Below, one piece after another: positions 38,859 through 46,305 of a DNA stretch of 54,978 bases. The notes under the pieces were generated by a model. That model ran no database searches. It saw only the letters and a list, made by a program, of their open reading frames with translations, and was not told where the DNA came from. This DNA comes from an uncultured Dehalococcoidia bacterium. Lineage in GTDB: Bacteria > Chloroflexota > Dehalococcoidia > SZUA-161 > SpSt-899. The stretch is taken from positions 1 through 54,978 of the forward strand of contig CAZWIP010000002.1 of the NCBI GenBank assembly GCA_964634125.1, read 5' to 3'. Position numbers and translations under genes: made by a program. Every line of letters begins with the position of its first letter. Within the stretch, counting starts at the first letter, position 1.

Positions 38859-40161
38859 TTTCTTCAGGCACGGTAATGGAACTCAATTTACTGAGATCGG
38901 GCAATTCCAGCCGACTTCGCAGCACCTCTTCAGGGAGCGAAATAATCCCGAACTCTTCGCTCAGCAGCGAATCCTTGAAATCGCTCACATCCACCCCATC
39001 CCGCAGCAAACCGAAGTATATTCCGGCTTTCTCAATATCTCGAACCAGCACCATTCCCACCAGTTTGCCATTTTGGAGCACGAATTTTTGATAGCGACCG
39101 TCATCTCGCTGGCTCAGCACTTCACATTCGATATCTCTCATCGGATTGACCATTCCCGCAGAGGCAATCGACAAGCCAAAATATTTCAACGAGTTCATCG
39201 CAGTACCGCCAGGGTATTCCGCCTCTCTTCCGGCCATGTTATAGCCAGCAATCCTCCCGCCGATATGCGCATTGGGCCAGATGGGAACTACCCGATCACC
39301 ATCAATGATGAAATCATATGATTCCGCTACATCGCCGCAGGCATACACATCCGGGTTGCTCGTTGCCATATGACAATCTACTAGAATTCCCCGGTTCACT
39401 TTTATATCGGTATCCTTGACCAAATCGATTCTTGGCACGACGCCAATGGCCACGATGACCAGGTCGCACTCTATCTCTTCCCCATCATCCAGAATTACGC
39501 CACTTACGATTCCATCATCTCCGACTATGGTTTTGACGGTATGCCTGGTACGGAATTGCACTCCCGTAGCTTCCACCACTTCTTGTGCCATCAGTGAGGC
39601 TTCCTCATCCAGCACTATGCCAAGGATTCTATCCATCAACTCAACAACAATCACATTAATGCCAAGCTTCTTAAGCGCATCCGTAACACTAATCCCAATT
39701 AAGCCTCCACCAATAACCACAGCTTTCTGAGCACCATCCTTAACCATTTCGGCGATCCCTTTGGCATTATCGAGTGTGGTGAAAGTAAAGACGCCGCGCT
39801 TTTCAGCCCCATCCATAGTGGGAAAGATGGGATTGCCGCCAGTGGATAATAGCAGTTTTTGGTAGGAAATCTTTTCCGTATCGGCCAGTTCCACCTCACC
39901 CGCAGCAATGTCGAGGCGGACAACTTCCTTCCCCAAAATTGTCTGAACCTTATTCACTGTGTAAAAATCATTCGAACGGTAGAGCATTCCGTTCAAATCC
40001 CTTTCCCCTGCCAAATGCTCTGAAATGAGCGGTCTCGAATACACCGGATAGGGCTCATCGGAAATGATCGTGATTGCCCCTTCCAAATCGATCAATCGAA
40101 TGGTTTCGACTGCGCCGATGCCACCGGCAGAATTACCAATAATCAAGTAATCAGTTCTCAT
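38833..40161 (-). CDS. FAD/NAD(P)-dependent pyridine nucleotide-disulfide-family oxidoreductase
   Basis: Start taken at MRTDYLIIGNSAGGIGA (FAD fold). Second Rossmann fold AVVIGGGLIGISVTDAL, plus ACGDVAE. The start overlaps the upstream ferredoxin stop. Confidence 0.75.
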   Translation of the reverse strand: MRTDYLIIGNSAGGIGAVETIRLIDLEGAITIISDEPYPVYSRPLISEHLAGERDLNGMLYRSNDFYTVNKVQTILGKEVVRLDIAAGEVELADTEKISYQKLLLSTGGNPIFPTMDGAEKRGVFTFTTLDNAKGIAEMVKDGAQKAVVIGGGLIGISVTDALKKLGINVIVVELMDRILGIVLDEEASLMAQEVVEATGVQFRTRHTVKTIVGDDGIVSGVILDDGEEIECDLVIVAIGVVPRIDLVKDTDIKVNRGILVDCHMATSNPDVYACGDVAESYDFIIDGDRVVPIWPNAHIGGRIAGYNMAGREAEYPGGTAMNSLKYFGLSIASAGMVNPMRDIECEVLSQRDDGRYQKFVLQNGKLVGMVLVRDIEKAGIYFGLLRDGVDVSDFKDSLLSEEFGIISLPEEVLRSRLELPDLSKLSSITVPEEIEDVSDEG

Positions 40162-40609
40162 TGATCTCCCCCCAGAGCAATGCCTCGTTGGGGCAGTTGG
40201 CCACACATGCAGGCGTTTCTAAATGGAAACAAAGATCGCATTTGCTGGCTTTCTTCCTATTCACATCTGGCGAAATAGCCCCGTACGGGCATGCAATAAC
40301 GCAAGTCCAGCAACCGACGCACTTATCGATATCAACGGCAACAATGCCGGTTACAGGATCCTTGGTAAGCGCTCCTGTCAAACATGAATACACACATAAA
40401 GGCTCATCGCAATGGCGGCATCCCAGCGCGAATGACATGGGCCCCTTCTCTTCGACGTGCAATCGCGGCATTGGCCTCGGCTTCTCTCGCTTGAATGTTT
40501 TTATCATATCGCCTGACTTTGAATGAGCTGTAATACAATGCACCTCGCACAACCGACAGGCCATGCAAACTTCCGGTTTGGGATAAACTTTTCTGGTAAT
40601 CATCTTCAT
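40151..40609 (-). CDS. Multi-cluster 4Fe-4S ferredoxin
   Basis: 152 aa with CMACRLCEVHC, CRHCDEPLCVYSC, CVGCWTCVIACP and CDLC...CVANCP. Confidence 0.8.
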   Translation of the reverse strand: MKMITRKVYPKPEVCMACRLCEVHCITAHSKSGDMIKTFKREKPRPMPRLHVEEKGPMSFALGCRHCDEPLCVYSCLTGALTKDPVTGIVAVDIDKCVGCWTCVIACPYGAISPDVNRKKASKCDLCFHLETPACVANCPNEALLWGEINEN

Positions 40610-40630
40610 TTCCCCAACATTTACTAGGTT

Positions 40631-40647
40631 GTAGGTAACTGTTTACC
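40631..40647 (-). promoter_or_regulatory. 17-nt box A, copy 2; candidate operator
   Basis: The minus strand reads GGTAAACAGTTACCTAC, identical to 26757-26773, and the next 4 nt match 3/4. It lies 14 nt downstream of the -10 and 21 nt upstream of the ferredoxin ATG. Confidence 0.6.
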
Positions 40648-40661
40648 CATCTACTTAGCTT

Positions 40662-40690
40662 AGATTACCACTCATATATTCACCTGTCAA
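40662..40690 (-). promoter_or_regulatory. Sigma70-like promoter of the ferredoxin/GOGAT operon
   Basis: The minus strand reads TTGACA-17 nt-TAATCT. Confidence 0.55.
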
Positions 40691-40751
40691 GGGGGCATAC
40701 GTCTCTTTTAATAGGTAAATTAGTAGGTAAATTGCATCAGTTAAGAAGGGG

Positions 40752-40780
40752 TTGGAAAATGTTTTTTGGCCTGTTATAAT
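40752..40780 (+). promoter_or_regulatory. Sigma70-like promoter of the hisF2-carB leader
   Basis: TTGGAA-17 nt-TATAAT, the same hexamers as the pyrR promoter. The -10 ends 15 nt before the PyrR-binding loop. Confidence 0.6.
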
Positions 40781-40795
40781 GTCAAGGAACAAAGA

Positions 40796-40828
40796 CCTTT
40801 AAGCCAGTTCTGTGAGACCGGCAAGGGA
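40796..40828 (+). promoter_or_regulatory. PyrR-binding RNA loop, copy 2
   Basis: CCUUUAAGCCAGUUCUGUGAGACCGGCAAGGGA. It has the same fold as copies 1 and 3: outer CCUU/AAGG, inner GCCAGU/ACCGGC. Confidence 0.8.
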
Positions 40829-40890
40829 GAAGAAAACATATGTGCTCTCTGGCGATGCAAAATCGAAAGAGTCGATGTAAAGCATAAATT

Positions 40891-40925
40891 CCTCTTGTTG
40901 AGTAATAGCAAGAGGAGTTTTTTTG
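40891..40925 (+). terminator. Attenuator terminator of the hisF2-carB leader
   Basis: CCUCUUG-uugaguaauag-CAAGAGG followed by AGUUUUUUUG. It lies 54 nt upstream of the hisF2 ATG. Confidence 0.75.
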
Positions 40926-40978
40926 TGCCCAAATATCGGTAAACCATGTTTGGCTAAGAAAAAAATTGGAGGTCTGCA

Positions 40979-41743
40979 ATGGATATAGTCAAAGTCATTC
41001 CCTGCCTGGACATGTTGAAGGGGAGAGTCGTAAAGGGAGTACATTTCGTTGAGTTGCGTGATGCAGCCGATCCTGTCGAAACGGCAAAAGCCTATTCCGA
41101 AGGAGGGGCAGACGTAATCGCATTTCTGGATATCACCGCAACCATAGAAGACAGACGGACAATGTTCGATGTGCTTGAAAAGGTGGCGGCAGTGGTGAAA
41201 ACACCGCTAACAGTTGGCGGGGGAATAAAGTCTATCGACGACATCGAACAGGCCATGAAATCGGGGGCAAGCTGTGTTTCCATTTCCAGTGCGGCTTACC
41301 GGGATGCGGACCTGGTCAAAGAGGCTGTGAAGCAATTCGGGGCCGGGAAGATCATGATAGCCATTGACGCCGATGAGAACAAGTCACTGCCCTCCGAACG
41401 CGAGGTCTACATCGATGGGGGCCGTACCGCCACAGGCAAGGATGCCGTGGAATTTGCCAAAGAGATGGCTACCATCGGAGTCGGACAGATACTGCCCACC
41501 AGCAAGGCCACTGACGGCACCAAAGCTGGATTTGACATTCACCTGACCCGATCCATCGCTGACGCGACCGGGCTGCCGGTGATCGCCAGCGGAGGCGCCG
41601 GCACCCTGGAACACTTTTACGAAGCTGTCGCCGAAGGGCACGCCCAATCTGTGCTGGGTGCTTCGGTGTTCCACTTTGGAACATTCACTATCAAAGAGGT
41701 AAAGGAATACCTTAAATCGCGCGGGATCGCGGTCAGCTTGTAA
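40979..41743 (+). CDS. HisF paralogue (cyclase-like TIM barrel) with altered glutaminase-docking and ammonia-gate residues
   Basis: MDIVKVIPCLDMLKGRVVKG, AIDA, TVGGG and ASGGAG are retained. The gate/dock positions read K, V (ADVIAFLD), S-C (GASCVS) and Q (GVGQILPTS). Confidence 0.8.
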   Translation: MDIVKVIPCLDMLKGRVVKGVHFVELRDAADPVETAKAYSEGGADVIAFLDITATIEDRRTMFDVLEKVAAVVKTPLTVGGGIKSIDDIEQAMKSGASCVSISSAAYRDADLVKEAVKQFGAGKIMIAIDADENKSLPSEREVYIDGGRTATGKDAVEFAKEMATIGVGQILPTSKATDGTKAGFDIHLTRSIADATGLPVIASGGAGTLEHFYEAVAEGHAQSVLGASVFHFGTFTIKEVKEYLKSRGIAVSL

Positions 41744-41767
41744 TAAAAAACAGGAGGGAGTTCTTCA

Positions 41768-44700
41768 ATGCCGAGACGGGATGATATCAAAAAGGTAATG
41801 ATAATAGGGTCCGGACCAATTGTGATCGGGCAAGCTTGTGAGTTCGACTATTCGGGAACACAGGCGTGCAAGGCACTCCGAGGGCTGGGATACGAAATTG
41901 TGCTGGTGAACTCCAATCCCGCTACTATAATGACTGACCCCGGAATGGCGGATGTTACATATATTGAGCCGTTGAACATGGAAACGATGGAACGCATCAT
42001 CGAAAAAGAACGGCCTGACGCGTTGCTTCCAAACCTGGGGGGTCAAACTGCGCTGAACCTCAGTTCTGCGCTTGCCAAAGCAGGGGTACTCGACAAGTAC
42101 GGAGTCAAAATCATCGGTGTTGATATTGATGCTATCGAACGTGGAGAGGACCGAATCGCGTTTAAGAATATGATGGATAAGCTGGGCATTGAAATGCCCG
42201 AGAGTACAGCCGTTTACAATGTAGAAGATGCTGAGAATGTTGCCGCCGAGCTTGGCTACCCGGTGGTTATTCGCCCGGCATATACGATGGGCGGAACCGG
42301 CGGCGGCCTAGTATACAACGTGGAAGAATTGCGTGTAGTTGCCAGCCGAGGCATTTCGGCAAGCCTTATCGGGCAGATTCTGGTTGAGGAATCCGTGCTG
42401 GGCTGGGAGGAACTGGAGCTTGAAGTAGTGCGCGATGCCAAGAATCAGATGATCACTGTATGCTTCATCGAAAATGTCGATGCGATGGGTGTGCACACCG
42501 GCGATTCATACTGCACAGCTCCCATGCTCACCATCAGTCCTGAACTGCAAAAACGCTTGCAAGAGTATTCTTATAAGATTGTAGAATCGATCCAGGTAAT
42601 CGGCGGCACTAACGTTCAGTTCGCGCATGATCCGAAAACAGACCGAGTAGTAGTAATCGAGATCAATCCGCGTACATCTCGATCATCCGCTCTGGCCTCT
42701 AAAGCTACCGGGTTCCCAATCGCGCTGATTTCATCCCTGCTGGCCGGTGGATTGACCATGGACGAGATTCCCTATTGGCGTGACGGAACATTAGAAAAAT
42801 ATACGCCGTCCGGTGACTACGTGGTCGTGAAGTTCTCACGCTGGGCTTTCGAGAAATTTAAAGATGCCGAAGACAAGCTGGGCACCCAGATGCGGGCAGT
42901 TGGCGAGGTGATGAGCATCGGGAAGAATTACAAGGAAGCCTTCCTGAAAGCCATTCGTTCACTGGAAAAAGGACGCTACGGCCTCGGATTCGCCAAGGAT
43001 TTTAATGAAAAATCTCTCGAAGAACTCATGGAGATGCTAAACGAGCCCTCCAGTGAACGCCAGTTCATTATGTACGAGGCCCTGCGTAAAGGCGCTGACA
43101 TTCAGGAACTCCACCAGAAAACCTACATCAAAGCCTGGTTCATCGAGCAAATGAAGGAGCTGGTGGAACTTGAAGAGAAGGTTCTTACATACAAAGGAAA
43201 AGTTTTACCGGACGATTTGCTCATTCAAGCCAAAAAAGATGGATTTGCCGATAGATATCTGGCGCAAATTCTTGTAATTGCCGAAAAGGAAATCCGTGAA
43301 AAGAGAATCGGACTGGGTATGACAGAAGGCTGGGAACCCGTTCCAGTCAGTGGCGTGGAAAACGCCGCCTACTACTTCTCCACCTACAATGCGCCTGACA
43401 AGACTACAGCCACGAGCAACAGGAAGATCATGGTACTTGGCGGTGGACCCAACCGAATCGGGCAGGGAATCGAATTCGACTACTGCTGTGTTCACGCGGC
43501 ATTCGCACTACGCGATGAAGGCTACGAGACGATCATGGTTAACTGCAATCCCGAAACCGTCTCTACAGATTACGACACCTCAGATAAACTCTATTTCGAG
43601 CCATTGACAGTTGAAGACATCCTGAGCATCTATGAAAAGGAAAAACCGGAAGGAGTCGTGGCTCAGTTCGGAGGGCAGACACCACTCAATATTGCCGCTG
43701 AACTGGAAGCAGTCGGAGTGAAGATTCTGGGCACTTCACCAGATACTATTGACCTGGCCGAAGACCGTGATCGTTTTAGCGCGATGATGGCTAAACTTGG
43801 CATCCCAATGGCAGAATCCGGCATGGCCAGCAAGTTGGAAGATGCTCTGGCTATAGCGAACCGAATCGGATATCCCCTCATGGTTCGGCCATCTTACGTG
43901 CTTGGCGGACGCGGCATGGAAGTGGTTCACGATGAAGAAATGCTCGAAGAGTACTTTGCCGCTGCTGTGGGAGTTACCCCTGATCGTCCAATCCTGATCG
44001 ACAGGTTCCTCGATAACGCTATTGAGGCCGAAGCGGATGCCATTGCCGACGGAACCGATGCCTTCGTTCCCGCCATCATGGAGCACATCGAACTGGCCGG
44101 AGTTCATTCCGGTGACTCGGCCTGTGTTATTCCGCCAGTCAGCATTCCCGAAAAACACATAGATACAATCTATGAATACACCAAAAAGATAGCCAAAGAA
44201 CTTCACGTGGTAGGCCTGATGAATATGCAGTATGCCATCTGCAATGACATCGTGTATGTTCTGGAAGCTAACCCGAGGGCATCTCGAACCGTGCCCATCG
44301 TTTCCAAAGTGTGCGGCCTTTCCATGGCCCGGATTGCGATGCAGATCATGATGGGTAAAAAGCTTGCCGATCTCGACCTCAAACCACAATCAATCCCTCA
44401 TTTCGGAGTCAAGCAGGCTATATTCCCCTTCCCCATGTTCCCCGAGGTTGATCCTGTTCTGGGACCGGAGATGAGATCCACCGGCGAGGTTCTCGGGATG
44501 GCCGATTCCTTCGGACTGGCCCTCTTCAAATCTGAGGAAGCCGGACAGCAGTGTCTCCCGGATGAGGGGGCTGTTTTGCTTACCGTGGTAGACAAGAACG
44601 AGGATACCGTATTACCAACGGCCCGGCAATTTGTAGAACTCGGTTTCAAGATTAAAGCAACCGAAGGCACACGCGAGTTCCTGACCCAAAACGGCATTGA

Positions 44701-44968
44701 ATCCGAACTCATTCTCAAAATGCATGAAGGTCGGCCCAACATCGTTGACGGCATAATGAACGGAGAGATTCAACTAGTCATCAATACTCCGGTTGGCAAA
44801 CGAAGTCAATATGACGATTCTTACATTCGCAAAGCAGCGATCAAACACAAAATCCCGTATATCACGACTCTGGCCGGAGCGGCTGCGGCAGTCAGAGGAA
44901 TCGCGGCACATCGCAGAGGCGCTGCAGGGGTCAGGTCGTTACAGAGCTATCATGCCGATATTAAGTAA
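41768..44968 (+). CDS. carB: Carbamoyl-phosphate synthase large subunit, copy 1
   Basis: 1066 aa with two ATP-grasp halves (IGSGPIVIGQACEFDYSG; LGGGPNRIGQGIEFDYC), an oligomerisation domain and an MGS-like allosteric domain. The SD is AGGAGGGA. Confidence 0.9.
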   Translation: MPRRDDIKKVMIIGSGPIVIGQACEFDYSGTQACKALRGLGYEIVLVNSNPATIMTDPGMADVTYIEPLNMETMERIIEKERPDALLPNLGGQTALNLSSALAKAGVLDKYGVKIIGVDIDAIERGEDRIAFKNMMDKLGIEMPESTAVYNVEDAENVAAELGYPVVIRPAYTMGGTGGGLVYNVEELRVVASRGISASLIGQILVEESVLGWEELELEVVRDAKNQMITVCFIENVDAMGVHTGDSYCTAPMLTISPELQKRLQEYSYKIVESIQVIGGTNVQFAHDPKTDRVVVIEINPRTSRSSALASKATGFPIALISSLLAGGLTMDEIPYWRDGTLEKYTPSGDYVVVKFSRWAFEKFKDAEDKLGTQMRAVGEVMSIGKNYKEAFLKAIRSLEKGRYGLGFAKDFNEKSLEELMEMLNEPSSERQFIMYEALRKGADIQELHQKTYIKAWFIEQMKELVELEEKVLTYKGKVLPDDLLIQAKKDGFADRYLAQILVIAEKEIREKRIGLGMTEGWEPVPVSGVENAAYYFSTYNAPDKTTATSNRKIMVLGGGPNRIGQGIEFDYCCVHAAFALRDEGYETIMVNCNPETVSTDYDTSDKLYFEPLTVEDILSIYEKEKPEGVVAQFGGQTPLNIAAELEAVGVKILGTSPDTIDLAEDRDRFSAMMAKLGIPMAESGMASKLEDALAIANRIGYPLMVRPSYVLGGRGMEVVHDEEMLEEYFAAAVGVTPDRPILIDRFLDNAIEAEADAIADGTDAFVPAIMEHIELAGVHSGDSACVIPPVSIPEKHIDTIYEYTKKIAKELHVVGLMNMQYAICNDIVYVLEANPRASRTVPIVSKVCGLSMARIAMQIMMGKKLADLDLKPQSIPHFGVKQAIFPFPMFPEVDPVLGPEMRSTGEVLGMADSFGLALFKSEEAGQQCLPDEGAVLLTVVDKNEDTVLPTARQFVELGFKIKATEGTREFLTQNGIESELILKMHEGRPNIVDGIMNGEIQLVINTPVGKRSQYDDSYIRKAAIKHKIPYITTLAGAAAAVRGIAAHRRGAAGVRSLQSYHADIK

Positions 44969-44974
44969 TTTTCT

Positions 44975-45011
44975 GTAATATGTTTGTAACATTTCAGTAG
45001 TACGATATAAA
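44975..45011 (+). promoter_or_regulatory. carA promoter region with phased GTnAC boxes (box B)
   Basis: GTAAT-atgttt-GTAACA-tttcag-TAGTAC-ga-TATAAA. 19 of the first 20 nt are identical to the glnA site read on its own strand. Confidence 0.55.
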
Positions 45012-45025
45012 CTAGTCTGGTTAAA

Positions 45026-45058
45026 CCTTTAAGCCAATCCCGTGAGATCGGCAAGGGA
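45026..45058 (+). promoter_or_regulatory. PyrR-binding RNA loop, copy 3
   Basis: CCUUUAAGCCAAUCCCGUGAGAUCGGCAAGGGA. The inner-stem G-C pair of copy 2 is replaced by A-U, which is a compensatory change. Confidence 0.8.
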
Positions 45059-45091
45059 AACACAAATGAATCGAATAAAGAAATTCAACGA

Positions 45092-45131
45092 ATGCCTCTT
45101 GCCAATTTATTGGTAAGAGGCATTCTTATAT
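45092..45131 (+). terminator. Attenuator hairpin of the carA leader
   Basis: AUGCCUCUUGCCAA-uuua-UUGGUAAGAGGCAU, a 14-bp stem followed by UCUUAUAU, which is a weaker U tract than in the other two leaders. Confidence 0.6.
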
Positions 45132-45166
45132 GCGATAAGAGAGCTATTCAAAAAAGAGTCGATAGG

Positions 45167-46254
45167 GTGAATAAACAAAAGGCATTTCTGGCACTGGAAG
45201 ACGGATCATTCTACGAAGGTCATTCCTTCGGGGCTGAGTTACAGACCTCCGGTGAAGTTGTCTTCACCACCAGCATGACAGGGTATCAGGAGGTTTTAAC
45301 CGACCCGTCATTTGCAGGGCAGTAATCCCCACCTACCCAATGATCGGCAACTACGGCATCAACGATCAGGATTACGAATCAAAAAGAATACAGGTTGCCG
45401 GATTTGTGGTTCGTGAGGAATGTGAGGTTCCCAGTCATGGGTTAAGCACTCGCACTTTGCATGAGTATTTGCTGTCACAGAATATCCCCGGACTGAGTGG
45501 CATCGATACCCGATCACTGGTTCGAAAGCTTCGCTCCCACGGTGTTATGATGGGAATCCTTTCACAGGGAATTGATCCGCAAGAAGCACTGGCGCAGCTC
45601 GAATCCATACCTCGCTATGACAGCATCGATTTCGTTAAGGAAGTAACCACAAGGGAAGCTTTCGAGTGGGAGCCTTCAATGGATCAAACCGGACCCAGAA
45701 TTGCCCTGCTCGATTCGGGCACCAAATTCAACATCCTGCGGAGTTTGCATCGCCTGGGATGCTCGATCACAGCGCTTCCTTGCACGACCAGCGCGGAAGA
45801 CGTGATGAAATTAAACCCGGACGGCATCTTCTTTTCGCCCGGCCCTGGCGATCCCGCCTTGCTTGATTATCTGATTGGTACCATTCGGGAATTGGTAGAA
45901 AAGAAACCGGTAATGGGTATTTGCCTGGGACATCAGTTGATCGGACGGGCATTCGGAGCTGAAACGTTCAAGCTCAAATTCGGGCATCGAGGTGCGAATC
46001 ACCCGGTGAAGGATATGGAAACAGGTCGCGTGTATATCACTGCCCAGAACCATGGTTATGCCATCGATGCTGACACGGTGAAGAGTGGGCTGGAAGTTTC
46101 GCATATCAATTTAAATGACGGTACGGTTGAGGGACTAAGACACCGCGAACTGCCGCTCTTTACTATCCAATACCATTCGGAAGCCTCTCCAGGCCCGCTG
46201 GATAATATGTATCTATTTGAGCGATTTGTAGAGATGGTTAAGGAGAACATGTGA
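45167..46254 (+). pseudogene. carA: Carbamoyl-phosphate synthase small (glutaminase) subunit, reading frame disrupted at about 45322
   Basis: A GTG start at 45167 gives [22 protein letters not shown]...LTDPSFAGQ, then TAA at 45323. Homology resumes in another frame from 45322 ([14 protein letters not shown]...). The rest is intact, including GICLGHQL and YHSEASPGP. Confidence 0.75.
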
Positions 46255-46305
46255 TATGATTCACCCTCACCCAGCCTCTCCCTCAAGGGAGAGGGGCTAA
46301 GTACA

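Noticed and set aside
40796-40828. I considered whether the repeated CCUUUAAGCC...GGCAAGGGA motif is a metabolite riboswitch (glutamine/glnA RNA, ZTP, PRPP/ykkC, glycine).
   Set aside because: The sequence does not resemble the conserved cores I recall for those classes. It does match the PyrR-binding loop pattern, occurs upstream of pyrR itself, and pyrR is encoded in the window.
40782-41044. Minus-strand ORFs 40782-40979 and 40799-41044 lie in the ferredoxin / hisF2 intergenic region.
   Set aside because: The region is better explained by a plus-strand promoter, a PyrR-binding loop and a terminator. The ORFs also run into the hisF2 coding sequence on the opposite strand.
45092-45166. The ATG at 45092 given in the ORF track as the start of the carA N-terminal fragment.
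   Set aside because: That ATG lies inside the 5' arm of the leader hairpin, and the first 25 residues have no CarA homology. Homology begins at the GTG at 45167 ([12 protein letters not shown]).
46275-46294. An 8-bp GC-rich hairpin CCTCTCCC-tcaa-GGGAGAGG lies between carA and carB copy 2.
   Set aside because: It occurs once in the window, has no U tract and sits 11 nt before the carB2 start. It is probably an intercistronic stabiliser or a REP-like fragment, and I cannot support more than that.
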